IMG/VR virus record: IMGVR_UViG_3300033146_003076 | Span: 14,864 to 78,863 of that record | Length of the DNA stretch: 64,000 nucleotides | Source: a virus | Direction: 5' to 3' (one strand) | Shown: one piece after another, positions 10,394-20,197 of the stretch | Layout: the number at the start of each line of letters is the position of its first letter | Position numbering within the stretch: position 1 is the stretch's first letter | Position numbers and translations under genes: made by a program | Notes under the pieces: generated by a model | Told to the model about the DNA's origin: nothing | Database searches by the model: none | Seen by the model: the letters and a program-made list of their open reading frames with translations, nothing else

Positions 10394-12478
10394 ATGGCTT
10401 TTTCAACAAGTGAAAAATTTGCAGCATCAAAAATTGCTTATGCTTCCTCTTCTTCCGTAAATAATTGGGCTGTTTATACTTCAGGCAATTATTATGCTAA
10501 ACTCGTTGGTGCCGCAGCAAGAGCTAGTTCAGGATATTTAAGAATATATGGTTTTGGTTTTTCAACTTCTGATTTTACATCAAGAAGTATTGATTTTATT
10601 TCTTATTCTTCAAGAATAGTAGGGGTAACATTTACACTTAATTGTAAGACTTATTCTGGTAATATTGTTTATGATGAAGAAGTATACTTAAAAACAGATT
10701 CAGGGACTGGCCATTCAGGTAATAATAAAGCAAGTGGTAGTTCTTGGGGTACTAGTTATTATGATAAAAATTATGGGTCTAGTAGTGATACATGGGGACA
10801 TTCTCTTGATATAGGTGATGTTACTGGATTAAATTTTGGAGTTTTATTAAAAATACAACTTGGACCTGTTGGTGCTGGAGATAATCATAGAGGGAATGTT
10901 CGTATGACTACTGAGGGTAGTGATGAAAAAACACGTTCTACAGTTTATTATAAAAAACCCGCATATTACCCTGATATTAGTATAAGGTCTGCTACTAATA
11001 TAGATTATGAATCCGCTACTATAAGAGGTGATATTGATATTTTACAAGATTATGATGAAGTAGATACCCAATTTTGTTATAGAGAATATAATTTTGGTAG
11101 TGCAGATTTTAGTCCTTCCCAAACAATTGCAGATGGAGTTCAAACATATAATGTTTCTGGTAATAGTTATGAGATAACTCTTAAAGAAATTAATGTTTCT
11201 TTGGGTGCAAGATTTATGGTTAATGGCCAAGTTACTTGTCATTTAGATGAAGATGAAGGAAGCAGATTAGATGTTGGAAGTGGTAATGCATTTATTGAGG
11301 TTACAAATATTTCTGGAAATACAGTTAGTTTTAAATTATGGGATAATGTTGGGGCTTGGACTACAACTAGTTCAATTACTAGAGATTCAACAGGAACATA
11401 TTCTGAAAATATTTCTTCTTTGGATAGTGAAACAGATTATATTTATTATTTTAAACAAATTACTTCTGACTCAGGGGTTGATAGTGATTATTATTCTTTG
11501 GAAACAGAGCATAATAGTCGTGTTACAACATTTACAACATCTGCCCCACCTAGTTCAGGAGTACATTATAATGTTGGTGGTCTTTGGAAAGATATTGGAG
11601 AAGTACATTATAAAATAGGTTCTACTTGGGAAAAGATTGATGAAGTTTATTATAATCTTTTTTCTTGGTCTGTAGGAGGTAATTTATCTGTTGCAAAACA
11701 TGCTTTAGGTGGGGCTGGAACTCAGTCTGCTGGTTTATCTTTTGGAGGTTTTACTGGTTCTTATTCTAATGCCACGGAGGAATATAATGGTACTTCTTGG
11801 TCTGGAGGGGGCAATTTAACTAGTGCCCGGTATATGTTAGGTGGATGTGGTACTCAAACAGCTGGTTTAAGTTTTGGGGGATATAATCCAAGTTATTCTT
11901 CTGTTACTGAAGAGTATGATGGTTCTAGTTGGAGTGGTGGTGGTAATTTGAATACTGCTCGTTATGGTTTAGCCGGTTGTGGCACTCAATCTTCTGGTTT
12001 ATCTTTTGGTGGAACTACTGGTAGTAGAAGTAATATTACTGAGGAGTATGATGGTTCTAGTTGGAGTAGTGGTGGTAATTTGTCTACTGCCAGATTTGGT
12101 TTAGCTGGGTGTGGGACCCAATCTTCTGCCTTATCTTTTGGTGGAACTAATGGTGCTTCTTCTTATAATATTACCGAAGAGTATGATAGTGGTTCTTGGA
12201 GTAGTGGGGGAACTTTAAATACTGCTAGATTTGGTTTAGCTGGTTGTGGTACTCAAAGTTCTGGTTTAAGTTTTGGAGGAACTTCTGGTGGTCCTTCTAA
12301 TGTTACCGAAGAATATGATGGTGGTTCATGGAGTATTTGTTCTAATTTAAATACCGCTAGATATGATCTGGGTGGTGTTGGATTAAGTGCGAGTGGGTTA
12401 TCTTTTGGTGGTCATGAGGGAAGTGGATATTCACAAGCTACCGAAGAATATAATCTTTCTTGGAAATTATTAGAATAA
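10394..12478 (+). CDS. Adhesin/tail protein with FN3-like domain and C-terminal Kelch-like beta-propeller
   Basis: Six ~44-aa repeats WSxGGNLxTARxGLAGCGTQSSGLSFGG...TEEYDGSS. Confidence 0.75.
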   Translation: MAFSTSEKFAASKIAYASSSSVNNWAVYTSGNYYAKLVGAAARASSGYLRIYGFGFSTSDFTSRSIDFISYSSRIVGVTFTLNCKTYSGNIVYDEEVYLKTDSGTGHSGNNKASGSSWGTSYYDKNYGSSSDTWGHSLDIGDVTGLNFGVLLKIQLGPVGAGDNHRGNVRMTTEGSDEKTRSTVYYKKPAYYPDISIRSATNIDYESATIRGDIDILQDYDEVDTQFCYREYNFGSADFSPSQTIADGVQTYNVSGNSYEITLKEINVSLGARFMVNGQVTCHLDEDEGSRLDVGSGNAFIEVTNISGNTVSFKLWDNVGAWTTTSSITRDSTGTYSENISSLDSETDYIYYFKQITSDSGVDSDYYSLETEHNSRVTTFTTSAPPSSGVHYNVGGLWKDIGEVHYKIGSTWEKIDEVYYNLFSWSVGGNLSVAKHALGGAGTQSAGLSFGGFTGSYSNATEEYNGTSWSGGGNLTSARYMLGGCGTQTAGLSFGGYNPSYSSVTEEYDGSSWSGGGNLNTARYGLAGCGTQSSGLSFGGTTGSRSNITEEYDGSSWSSGGNLSTARFGLAGCGTQSSALSFGGTNGASSYNITEEYDSGSWSSGGTLNTARFGLAGCGTQSSGLSFGGTSGGPSNVTEEYDGGSWSICSNLNTARYDLGGVGLSASGLSFGGHEGSGYSQATEEYNLSWKLLE
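11660..12460 (+). repeat. Six ~132-bp coding tandem repeats (Kelch-like blades)
   Basis: Visible at DNA and protein level. Confidence 0.85.
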
Positions 12479-12503
12479 AAATAAAATAAAAAAAATAAAA
12501 TAG
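12476..12503. terminator. Convergent terminator region
   Basis: A-tracts (T-tracts on minus strand) between convergent + and - operons. Confidence 0.5.
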
Positions 12504-12845
12504 TTATTTTCCTTGTTCAATTGTTGCTAAATGTTTATCAATATTTAATAATGCTATTTCTAAACCTTTAATGTTTTTTGTTAATGCTTCTTTTTCTTTT
12601 AACTGTTCAGATTTTTTACTCATTTCAACAAACTTTTTTACTTCTTCGTCGTCTTCCAAATCCATTACTTTCACAAGTTTTGATTTTGCATCATTTAATT
12701 GTGATGTTATTTGATTTTTGTATGCTTTTCTTTCATAAATATTTTGTTGTAATTCTTGTTCAGTCATTGTTTGTGTTTCCACTATTTCTAAAACATAATT
12801 ATCTTCTTTTTTCTTTAATGTTGTGTTTACATCTACTTGTGCCAT
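12504..12845 (-). CDS. Hypothetical coiled-coil protein
   Basis: ORF with GAGGT SD. Confidence 0.6.
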   Translation of the reverse strand: MAQVDVNTTLKKKEDNYVLEIVETQTMTEQELQQNIYERKAYKNQITSQLNDAKSKLVKVMDLEDDEEVKKFVEMSKKSEQLKEKEALTKNIKGLEIALLNIDKHLATIEQGK

Positions 12846-12858
12846 TTTTTCTTTTACC

Positions 12859-13941
12859 TCATATCTCCTTATCTTTTTCAGAAAAGATAATTTCTTTTAG
12901 GAACTTGTCCCATTTTTTAAAAAATTTGTTTAAGCTCCAATCAATATTATTACATTTTTTTTGGAGTGTATTGTAAATATCTTTTTGTATTAGTAATGTT
13001 TTTGTGTATGATAAAAATTGCATATTATAATACTCTGACCCCGGTTCTCCTTCTATTAATATGCCTGGTGGTTGATTTGTCATGGTATTAACTAATGCTG
13101 CTTTCTTTGATGTTATTACTGGTGTACCACACATTAAACTTTGCATTATACTTGTACAACATGTTTCATCGTATGTGTTTGGGTATACCATTAATACACT
13201 TTCTTTCATATGTCTTGCTAGTTCTTCTTGTGGTACAGTTCCGTGATACACAACCTGTTTCATTTTTTTTGCTCTTGAATATAATTTTTCATATTCATCT
13301 TTTTCTCCTGTTGCGTACATATCCATCCCACTAAATATGTGTAATTCTGTGTAAGGTATTTTCCTTAATTTTGGAAACATGTCCAGTAATTCTTTTAATC
13401 CTCTGTATGGTGCTGATGCGTATATAATTTTCCTGTGTACTTTTTCTAAGTTCACCATATTAAATATTGTTCCGTCTACTCCTAATGGTATTGGTACAAT
13501 TTTATTTTTTACTTCTGGAAACTTTGTACAAATGTTTTCTTTGTGCCATTCTGATACAGAAACAATTTTATCAATTTTGTTTATTGCTTCTCCAATTTTA
13601 TCCATCGCCGGTGTATCCACAAAATCATGGCACCATAATACAACTTTACAGTTATGTTTTTTTATGTCAAAGAAATTAATAAAATATGAATCTCTTAATA
13701 CTATTAGGATGTCTGGTTTATGATCATATAATCCATCATGAACATTTTCTGCAAATTTATATTTAACTCCATTATATTCTTTTTCTTCTATGGTATTACA
13801 ATATACACTTACATCATTAGTTTTTGCTAAGTGTTTTGCTAAATGGATTAATACTGTTTCTGTTCCACCCATCCCTTTTATTTTAAGATCGTTTGGACTA
13901 AATAATGCTTGTGCTGTTGTTAGGAAAAATATCTTTACCAT
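12859..13941 (-). CDS. GT-B (family 4-like) glycosyltransferase
   Basis: GMGGTE, LWCHD, VSEWHK, ETCCTSIMQSLMCGTPVITS motifs. Confidence 0.9.
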   Translation of the reverse strand: MVKIFFLTTAQALFSPNDLKIKGMGGTETVLIHLAKHLAKTNDVSVYCNTIEEKEYNGVKYKFAENVHDGLYDHKPDILIVLRDSYFINFFDIKKHNCKVVLWCHDFVDTPAMDKIGEAINKIDKIVSVSEWHKENICTKFPEVKNKIVPIPLGVDGTIFNMVNLEKVHRKIIYASAPYRGLKELLDMFPKLRKIPYTELHIFSGMDMYATGEKDEYEKLYSRAKKMKQVVYHGTVPQEELARHMKESVLMVYPNTYDETCCTSIMQSLMCGTPVITSKKAALVNTMTNQPPGILIEGEPGSEYYNMQFLSYTKTLLIQKDIYNTLQKKCNNIDWSLNKFFKKWDKFLKEIIFSEKDKEI

Positions 13942-14606
13942 CCGCTATCCTCCACGCTGGTTACTTTAACATTCTCTTTTTTGATAGGTTCTTCTATGAT
14001 TTCTTTTTCAGGTTCCTTTTCTTCAACAACTTCTGGTTCTATTACTTCTTTTTCAAACATTGCTGCTTTTCTTTTTGGTGTTGGAACTTCTTTATCTTTA
14101 TTCATTTCTTCGATGTCAATTGGTTCATCCATTTTCCTGTTAATAGTTATTAAACCTTGTTTTTCTAATTCTTTAAGATTATTGACGCTAACTTTTATGT
14201 ATTCAATTTTACTTATTTTTGTTGGATTTAATGCTTCTGTCATTCTTGTTAATATTTTTTCTTGTAAATCTAGTTGTCCTCTTATTTCTTTTATTGCTTT
14301 AAGTTTTATTGTATCTTCTATTTCAATGTTATCCATCATTCTCCATGTGATGTCATTAATTTTTTTAAGTTGATCAGCTGTGTTAAGTATTGGTTCTATT
14401 AATTGTTGTTTAACTTTTTCATCTCCTGCAATAATTTCAGAAGTTTTATTAACAAATTTATTGTATGCTGTTGTAACAGAATTGGCAGTAATGTTCATTT
14501 CAAATTCTGTGTTAAGTTTTTCTGCTACCATTGTGTTTGGCATGTTTAATCCTTTCAGTTCACCCATTCTCATTAACACTTCTGGTTCATATAATTTATC
14601 TTCCAT
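13935..14606 (-). CDS. HTH plus helical protein, possible terminase small subunit
   Basis: N-terminal HTH-like segment, LKAIKEIRGQLDLQ helical hairpin, acidic tail. Confidence 0.4.
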   Translation of the reverse strand: MEDKLYEPEVLMRMGELKGLNMPNTMVAEKLNTEFEMNITANSVTTAYNKFVNKTSEIIAGDEKVKQQLIEPILNTADQLKKINDITWRMMDNIEIEDTIKLKAIKEIRGQLDLQEKILTRMTEALNPTKISKIEYIKVSVNNLKELEKQGLITINRKMDEPIDIEEMNKDKEVPTPKRKAAMFEKEVIEPEVVEEKEPEKEIIEEPIKKENVKVTSVEDSGW

Positions 14607-14627
14607 ATTATTTTCCTCTTTTCCCTA

Positions 14628-14861
14628 TTATTGGTTAAACCATTTTTTTTCAAGTATATAATAATTTGAACTACTCATTTTCCTTTTGAATACATATCCT
14701 TTTTCAATTGCCATTTTACCATAATTTTTTATTGTTGCCGCTGGAATTTTACTTTTTTCTTCCATCTCTACAGCATTTAATCCTTCTGGATATTTACGCA
14801 ATAGTTCGCAAATTATATCGACTTTTTCTCTTTTCGTAAGTAAATGTAGGTTTATCGACAT
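14628..14861 (-). CDS. Winged-helix DNA-binding protein
   Basis: YPEGLNAVEMEEKSKIPAATIKNY...EKGYV. Confidence 0.7.
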   Translation of the reverse strand: MSINLHLLTKREKVDIICELLRKYPEGLNAVEMEEKSKIPAATIKNYGKMAIEKGYVFKRKMSSSNYYILEKKWFNQ

Positions 14862-15156
14862 AGTATACTTTTTGATTTCCTCTTATTCTTTTCTTCACAC
14901 TTCCTTCTTCAATAAGTTTTGCTAATAGATCCATAACATAAATCACATTTTTTGTTTGTATTAAATTCATTATTTGTGTTAATCCTAAATCACTTGAATC
15001 GTATAATACTTTTTTTATTGCTAATTCTCTGTTATGAACCCAAATTGTGTGATAATAATTTCCTCTTTTCTGAAGTGCGGGTTCATTTTTATGTTTATTA
15101 ATATATCTTTTCATATAATAATAATAAGCAATCTTAGTTATGAATACTCCAGACAT
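14794..15156 (-). CDS. Winged-helix protein
   Basis: LAKLIEEGSVKKRIRGNQKVYYV. Confidence 0.6.
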   Translation of the reverse strand: MSGVFITKIAYYYYMKRYINKHKNEPALQKRGNYYHTIWVHNRELAIKKVLYDSSDLGLTQIMNLIQTKNVIYVMDLLAKLIEEGSVKKRIRGNQKVYYVDKPTFTYEKRKSRYNLRTIA

Positions 15157-15671
15157 TATATTTTATCTTCATCATCATCAAGATTAACATACAATAATGC
15201 TCCAACTGGTCCATCTTCCACACTTAATGAATCCACAATAAATTCGTATTCTCTGTTTAAGTTAATAAATTTATCTTTGAATTCTTTACTTAATGCTTTA
15301 CATAACATCTTTTTTGTATATTCTCTTATCTGTGATATTTTACTTAATGTTTTATCTCTTATAATGAGTTTATTTCCTAAGAAGTTTTTCCCATCATATA
15401 ATGGTTTTGTTAATTCATTTGAACTACTTTCTGTCATAAATTTTACAACTTTCTCTCTTATCCTTCTATTTCTTATGGAATATTTTTCTTCTCTCAAATT
15501 AACATCTGCTAATACTTCCAACAATTTACTTGATGAATATCCTTTGTATGGATTAATTTGATATATTTTTCCTAATTCTTTTTCAGTTTCTTTTTTCACT
15601 AATTCATAACCTAATTGTTTTGCCATATCTTTAACTAATTCTAATGTTTTATTTACTTTTTCTTTTGCCAT
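15156..15671 (-). CDS. Hypothetical protein
   Basis: ORF; start moved to SD-preceded ATG. Confidence 0.55.
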   Translation of the reverse strand: MAKEKVNKTLELVKDMAKQLGYELVKKETEKELGKIYQINPYKGYSSSKLLEVLADVNLREEKYSIRNRRIREKVVKFMTESSSNELTKPLYDGKNFLGNKLIIRDKTLSKISQIREYTKKMLCKALSKEFKDKFINLNREYEFIVDSLSVEDGPVGALLYVNLDDDEDKI

Positions 15672-15672
15672 T

Positions 15673-16176
15673 TTATTTCCTCTCATGTATCCCTTTTTCT
15701 TCTGGATATACATTTTTTAACATTCTTATTTCTGTATCATAATAAAGTCCATGAATATAATCTACTAATTTGTATAGCTTTTTATTAAAACTTCTTTTTG
15801 CATATCTTATTTGTGTACTATCTAAAAGATGTTTTATCTCGTCGCTGATATTAAGTAGTTCAAATTTAGGTTCTGACTTTGTGTCAACATAAACCTTTGT
15901 ATCCCAAAATTTATGGTATGAATTAATACATTCAAATACTAAATTTGCCACATCTGTTTTTACATCTTTTACATCTTTTGCATCATATTTTTTTATGTAG
16001 TAATGTTTAAGTAAAGAGTGTTTATCTCCCATATCTTCAAAGAAGTTTTTACATCCACTTTTTATAATAAGGTCTATATTAAAATTCCTTAATACATTAT
16101 TATCTACTGCTATAATACAACAACTTATTGGTCCAAACTTTGCTTCTGCTCCTTTAACTGTTACTAATAGTTTCAT
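15673..16176 (-). CDS. Degenerate RNase HII-like protein
   Basis: Aligns by eye with RNase HII (GPISCCIIAVD, KVYVD, YDTEIRMLKNVYPE) but DEAGRG is replaced by TVKGAE. Confidence 0.5.
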   Translation of the reverse strand: MKLLVTVKGAEAKFGPISCCIIAVDNNVLRNFNIDLIIKSGCKNFFEDMGDKHSLLKHYYIKKYDAKDVKDVKTDVANLVFECINSYHKFWDTKVYVDTKSEPKFELLNISDEIKHLLDSTQIRYAKRSFNKKLYKLVDYIHGLYYDTEIRMLKNVYPEEKGIHERK

Positions 16177-16523
16177 CTTGTTTTCCTCATATCTTCAGGG
16201 ATCATATTAATTATTCTTGCTGATGATGTTAAGTAGGTCATTGTCCCTTTAGTACATTTAGCACTGAATGTTATTTTGTTTAATTTAAATAAATGTCCTT
16301 CTAAAAATATATCTTTTTTACGTAAATCTTCAAGTGATAATACAAACTCTTTTTTACAGTATTTACACCATACTTTAATATTTTTATTATTCTTTCTATA
16401 ATTAATAACTAATCTACAATGCCTATTTTTCATAGGGTCAATTTTTTTATCTAACGCCATTTTCTCGTTAAATTGTATTGCTGTTTTGTTTGTGTTTATC
16501 TTAAAATATTTTTTCTCAGACAT
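16173..16523 (-). CDS. Zn-ribbon-containing hypothetical protein
   Basis: CKYC motif. Confidence 0.5.
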   Translation of the reverse strand: MSEKKYFKINTNKTAIQFNEKMALDKKIDPMKNRHCRLVINYRKNNKNIKVWCKYCKKEFVLSLEDLRKKDIFLEGHLFKLNKITFSAKCTKGTMTYLTSSARIINMIPEDMRKTR

Positions 16524-16998
16524 TTTCTAGTATTTCCTCTCTTCTTTTTTTGTTTGCATCCACAATCCTAACTTCTAAATTTGGTGGATATTTCTTTTTT
16601 TTCTCTTCTAACATTTCAATTGTTTCACTTTTTATTACTTCAAATATTATCCCTCTTGTAATGTCTAAAATATCTGCTCTTCCATTATTAATAAATATTG
16701 GTTCAACTAAAACATCGTATCCTTTTTTTCTTAATTCTTTGAATACTTCAAATTTAGTATCTTCGTGCAAATCTGTATTATTTGGATAATAAATGAAATG
16801 ATTAATATAACTTCCACTTTTGTTTGAAAATCTTATCAATCTTAATATTTCGTTTTGTTTGAATTGTTTTGTTTCTTTTTTTCTGTTAACCATTCTTTCA
16901 TAAGATTTTTGTTTAGCAAGTTTTGCTTTTTCTAATCTTTTGTTGAATAGTTCTTGGTTCAAATTATTCCTCCTATGTGTCCAACATGGAACGAACAA
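16516..16998 (-). CDS. PD-(D/E)xK family nuclease
   Basis: HEDTK...EPIF...GRADILD...IFEVIKSE. Confidence 0.65.
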   Translation of the reverse strand: MFVPCWTHRRNNLNQELFNKRLEKAKLAKQKSYERMVNRKKETKQFKQNEILRLIRFSNKSGSYINHFIYYPNNTDLHEDTKFEVFKELRKKGYDVLVEPIFINNGRADILDITRGIIFEVIKSETIEMLEEKKKKYPPNLEVRIVDANKKRREEILENV

Positions 16999-17597
16999 TC
17001 TATTGCTACTGTGTATTTGTTTTCTTTCATTACTTTAAAGAAGAAATATGTGTCCTCTCCAATAATGTTTCCATCAATGTTTTCACATCTGAATGCGAAT
17101 GAATGTTTTTCTCTTATTAAAGAAGGGATTGTTGTAGGCATTAAACACATACCTAATCCTGGACAACCACATTCCAAATACTTTTCTTCTTTTTTTACTA
17201 ATTCAGGATTAATTTTAGTCATAATAGGGATAGAGATTTCTTCATTAAAGTTATATGCTACAACTTGTCCTGGTTCTGTTCTACTATTATACCAACCCCC
17301 AACAATATCAAATTCAGAGAACATTGCTTTTCTAACAAAATTTTCTAATTCAATTACATCAAATTGGTGATCAGAATCAATCCACAGTATATAATCACAT
17401 TTCTTTTTTATTGCTTCATCAACGATCATGTTTCTTGCTGTATCAACAAAACAGCTATCAATTGTAATAATTTCATAATCATCAAATTTATCTGCAAATA
17501 AATCTTTAATGTGTAAGTGTCTTTGTAGTCCCATGATTGATGTAACTGCTTGTGTTGGCACTTGTTTATACATTGGTATCCCTATTGCAATTTTCAT
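16959..17597 (-). CDS. GT-A (family 2-like) glycosyltransferase
   Basis: IAIGIP, ARNMIV, WIDSD (DxD), GEDTYFF, HIG. Confidence 0.85.
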   Translation of the reverse strand: MKIAIGIPMYKQVPTQAVTSIMGLQRHLHIKDLFADKFDDYEIITIDSCFVDTARNMIVDEAIKKKCDYILWIDSDHQFDVIELENFVRKAMFSEFDIVGGWYNSRTEPGQVVAYNFNEEISIPIMTKINPELVKKEEKYLECGCPGLGMCLMPTTIPSLIREKHSFAFRCENIDGNIIGEDTYFFFKVMKENKYTVAIDCSFHVGHIGGII

Positions 17598-17599
17598 TT

Positions 17600-17800
17600 T
17601 TATTCTTTAATTTCTTGAACTTCTACTGCTTCAACTGGTCCGTCTTCTTCTGGATTATTTTGTGCTTCTTGTTCTTGTTTTGCTCGTTCAACTAATACTT
17701 TATACAATTCTTGATGTTGATTTTGTTTGTATCTTATTTCTTCGTTTAAATCAAATAATAATACTTTAATATCTTTTGTTTCTAATTTATTTACGTCCAT
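17600..17800 (-). CDS. Small coiled-coil protein
   Basis: ORF with SD. Confidence 0.55.
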   Translation of the reverse strand: MDVNKLETKDIKVLLFDLNEEIRYKQNQHQELYKVLVERAKQEQEAQNNPEEDGPVEAVEVQEIKE

Positions 17801-17822
17801 TTTCTTTTTACCTCACTTGTTT

Positions 17823-18545
17823 TTAATTTTGAATTCCACGTTGTAGATCTGATGTGTCTTGGTTTCTTAATGCGAATAATAATTTTTCTGCATTGATTAC
17901 TTTATCTAATGGTAATGTTTTTAGTATTGTTATACATCTTCCTATTGTTTCTTCTTTCATTCCTTTTTTTATGTATGGATTACCTTTTGATACAAGTTCA
18001 TCTTTTCTATCTTGAATATGTTCTCTTAATTGTTTACAAGTCCATCTTTCATCAATACCTTCTTTTTCCAGCATTTCTCTTTCTAATGGATTAAGTCCGT
18101 GTTTTTCTAATTCGAAATAATATTCCCAGAAAATACTTCCATCTTTCTTTTTGTATGGTTTAATTTGTGTTTCTATATTATCTTCTTGAGAATTAATATA
18201 TTCAATTAATTCTGGTCGTCTATTAATTAATCTCATACCTTGCCAGATTCTATCAATTGAAACGAATTGTTTTAAGTCAGGGTGTTGTCTAACTTTATTT
18301 AATATATCCTTAATACTTTCTTTTGGAAAATCACTTGTTATTCCTTTAATCATCATACACAATTTAATTGTATTATTCTGAATTAATTCTACATGTTTAT
18401 TCCATTCAACAATTATCTTTTCAACAACTTCATTAATTTCTGTTGTTGTTATTTCTCTTGTTTGTTTTTTGTTATAAATTACTGCTTCTTTCACTGGTTG
18501 TTCTTCGACTATTTGTTGTCCTGTTGTTGGTTGTTCTTCTTCCAT
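17823..18545 (-). CDS. YhcG/DUF1016 N-terminal-like DNA-binding protein
   Basis: IFWEYYFEL...EREMLEKEGIDERWTCKQLREHI resembles the YhcG LSWSHY.EL...W..R.L...I motif. Confidence 0.5.
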   Translation of the reverse strand: MEEEQPTTGQQIVEEQPVKEAVIYNKKQTREITTTEINEVVEKIIVEWNKHVELIQNNTIKLCMMIKGITSDFPKESIKDILNKVRQHPDLKQFVSIDRIWQGMRLINRRPELIEYINSQEDNIETQIKPYKKKDGSIFWEYYFELEKHGLNPLEREMLEKEGIDERWTCKQLREHIQDRKDELVSKGNPYIKKGMKEETIGRCITILKTLPLDKVINAEKLLFALRNQDTSDLQRGIQN

Positions 18546-18548
18546 TTT

Positions 18549-19112
18549 TTAGTATCCCTCAATTTCCATCCTGACTTCTTTTTGTGCTTTATATAATTTC
18601 TTTGTTATTTCTTTTAATGCATCGCACCAATTATCATCAAAACTTGCTCCTTTGTTTAATGATGCTAATGCGTATGATTCTGCTATAATCCCACAAGCAT
18701 TATTGAAAGCCATTCCAAAAGAAAATTTATCTGCTTCCATTGCTTTATAATCTGGGTTTATTTTTGGTTTGAATGCAGGTTTCTGTGTAATTTGTGTTTC
18801 TTCTTTTTTTACTGGCATTGTAACCCCATTGTCTAAAGTATCTTGTTTATCTGTATCACTACTCATACTAACAGATTCAACTATTGATTCTACGTTTCTA
18901 AATATTGTGGGATTTCCATTATATACACTTTCTGTTTCTTTGTAAACTACTTGAACAGTGCTTCCTACATTTATTTCTATACCCATTTCATAATCCCAAC
19001 AAGAATATTTATGTCCATCTATTGTGAATTTGATATATTTTGCTCCTTTCTTGTTAAGTTTTTCTTCTTTTTCTTGTACAATTCCACTCATTTGTTTTAC
19101 AATTTGTTCCAT
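18549..19112 (-). CDS. OB-fold ssDNA-binding protein
   Basis: GIVQEKEEK...YIKFTIDG..YSCWD...GSTVQVVY N-terminal OB pattern. Confidence 0.55.
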   Translation of the reverse strand: MEQIVKQMSGIVQEKEEKLNKKGAKYIKFTIDGHKYSCWDYEMGIEINVGSTVQVVYKETESVYNGNPTIFRNVESIVESVSMSSDTDKQDTLDNGVTMPVKKEETQITQKPAFKPKINPDYKAMEADKFSFGMAFNNACGIIAESYALASLNKGASFDDNWCDALKEITKKLYKAQKEVRMEIEGY

Positions 19113-19124
19113 TTTATTGACCTC

Positions 19125-19445
19125 TTAACCCATATAACTTGGGGTTAGTTTATTTTCTTTTTCAACTTTATTTTGATTTTTTATAAAATAATTTGCATCT
19201 TTCTTTTCTACTTTAATTTTTCTACTATTTAATTTACCATGGTATACTCCTGATAATAAACTCATAGCAAATATTGTTTCCAGTTTTTTCTGATCTTCTG
19301 GATCTAATTGTGCTTCAATGTTCCCATAATATTTCCAGAAATCTTTTATTTTGAATGGTGTTTGTTCCATGTAATCTGTAACAATTTTAGTAAAATCTGT
19401 TACATTTTTTAATACAATATACTTCTCTTCTTTTTTCTTTTCCAT
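19125..19445 (-). CDS. Hypothetical protein
   Basis: Start at SD-preceded ATG downstream of palindrome. Confidence 0.55.
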   Translation of the reverse strand: MEKKKEEKYIVLKNVTDFTKIVTDYMEQTPFKIKDFWKYYGNIEAQLDPEDQKKLETIFAMSLLSGVYHGKLNSRKIKVEKKDANYFIKNQNKVEKENKLTPSYMG

Positions 19446-19488
19446 TTTTGCCTCAACTGGTGTCAACACCAACTACATAAATCTCTAT

Positions 19489-19791
19489 CTATATAAATGT
19501 TTTGATTTTTTCGGAGTTGGCACAACTTGAGCAAAGGAATTGTGTAACTTTTATTTTCCTTCCTTTCTTAGTCTCTTCACTATTATATATCTCCCTTACA
19601 GTCTTTTTACCACATTTAGGACATATAGAGGGTTTATCTTGATTAAATGTGTTGAATATTGTCACATTATAATGTTCTTTTAAACAGTACTTGCATACTT
19701 TCACATCTTTATTTTTATATTTTAAACAGTATGTTAATGTTTCTTTTCCACAGTTATCACATTTCCTAATAATTGATCCGTGTATTTCCAT
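19489..19791 (-). CDS. Double Zn-finger protein
   Basis: Four CxxC pairs. Confidence 0.65.
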   Translation of the reverse strand: MEIHGSIIRKCDNCGKETLTYCLKYKNKDVKVCKYCLKEHYNVTIFNTFNQDKPSICPKCGKKTVREIYNSEETKKGRKIKVTQFLCSSCANSEKIKTFI

Positions 19792-20197
19792 TTTTTATTT
19801 CCATGCTTCTCTTATTGTTTTCAGACATTTTGTTAATCTTATTAATTCTTTTGCTTGATAATTATTTTTTTTAGTTAGTTTATCTCTTGATACTTTTAAT
19901 CTATTAAATATCTTTTTACTTATACTTTCTTCTTGTATTATTTCTAATAATATTTTAATATCTTTTTTTATATTTTCATCTATTGTTGTGTATTTCAATA
20001 TTCTTTCTATTTTTCCTTTATTTCTTGCTGTAGTCATTTTTCTGAAAATAAAAACCAAAAGACAAGAGACAATCAAATAAGAGAGAGGGGTTTTTTTTAT
20101 TGTCTTTTGGTCATCTCTTTATTAAAGAGTATAAAGGGAAGGATAAGGTAAAGAGGTCTAAACCCTACCCTTCCTGATGATGAATGAGTTTTTTAAA

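Noticed and set aside
6530-12478. Diversity-generating retroelement targeting adhesins
   Set aside because: No reverse transcriptase and no template/variable repeat pair with A-specific mismatches seen
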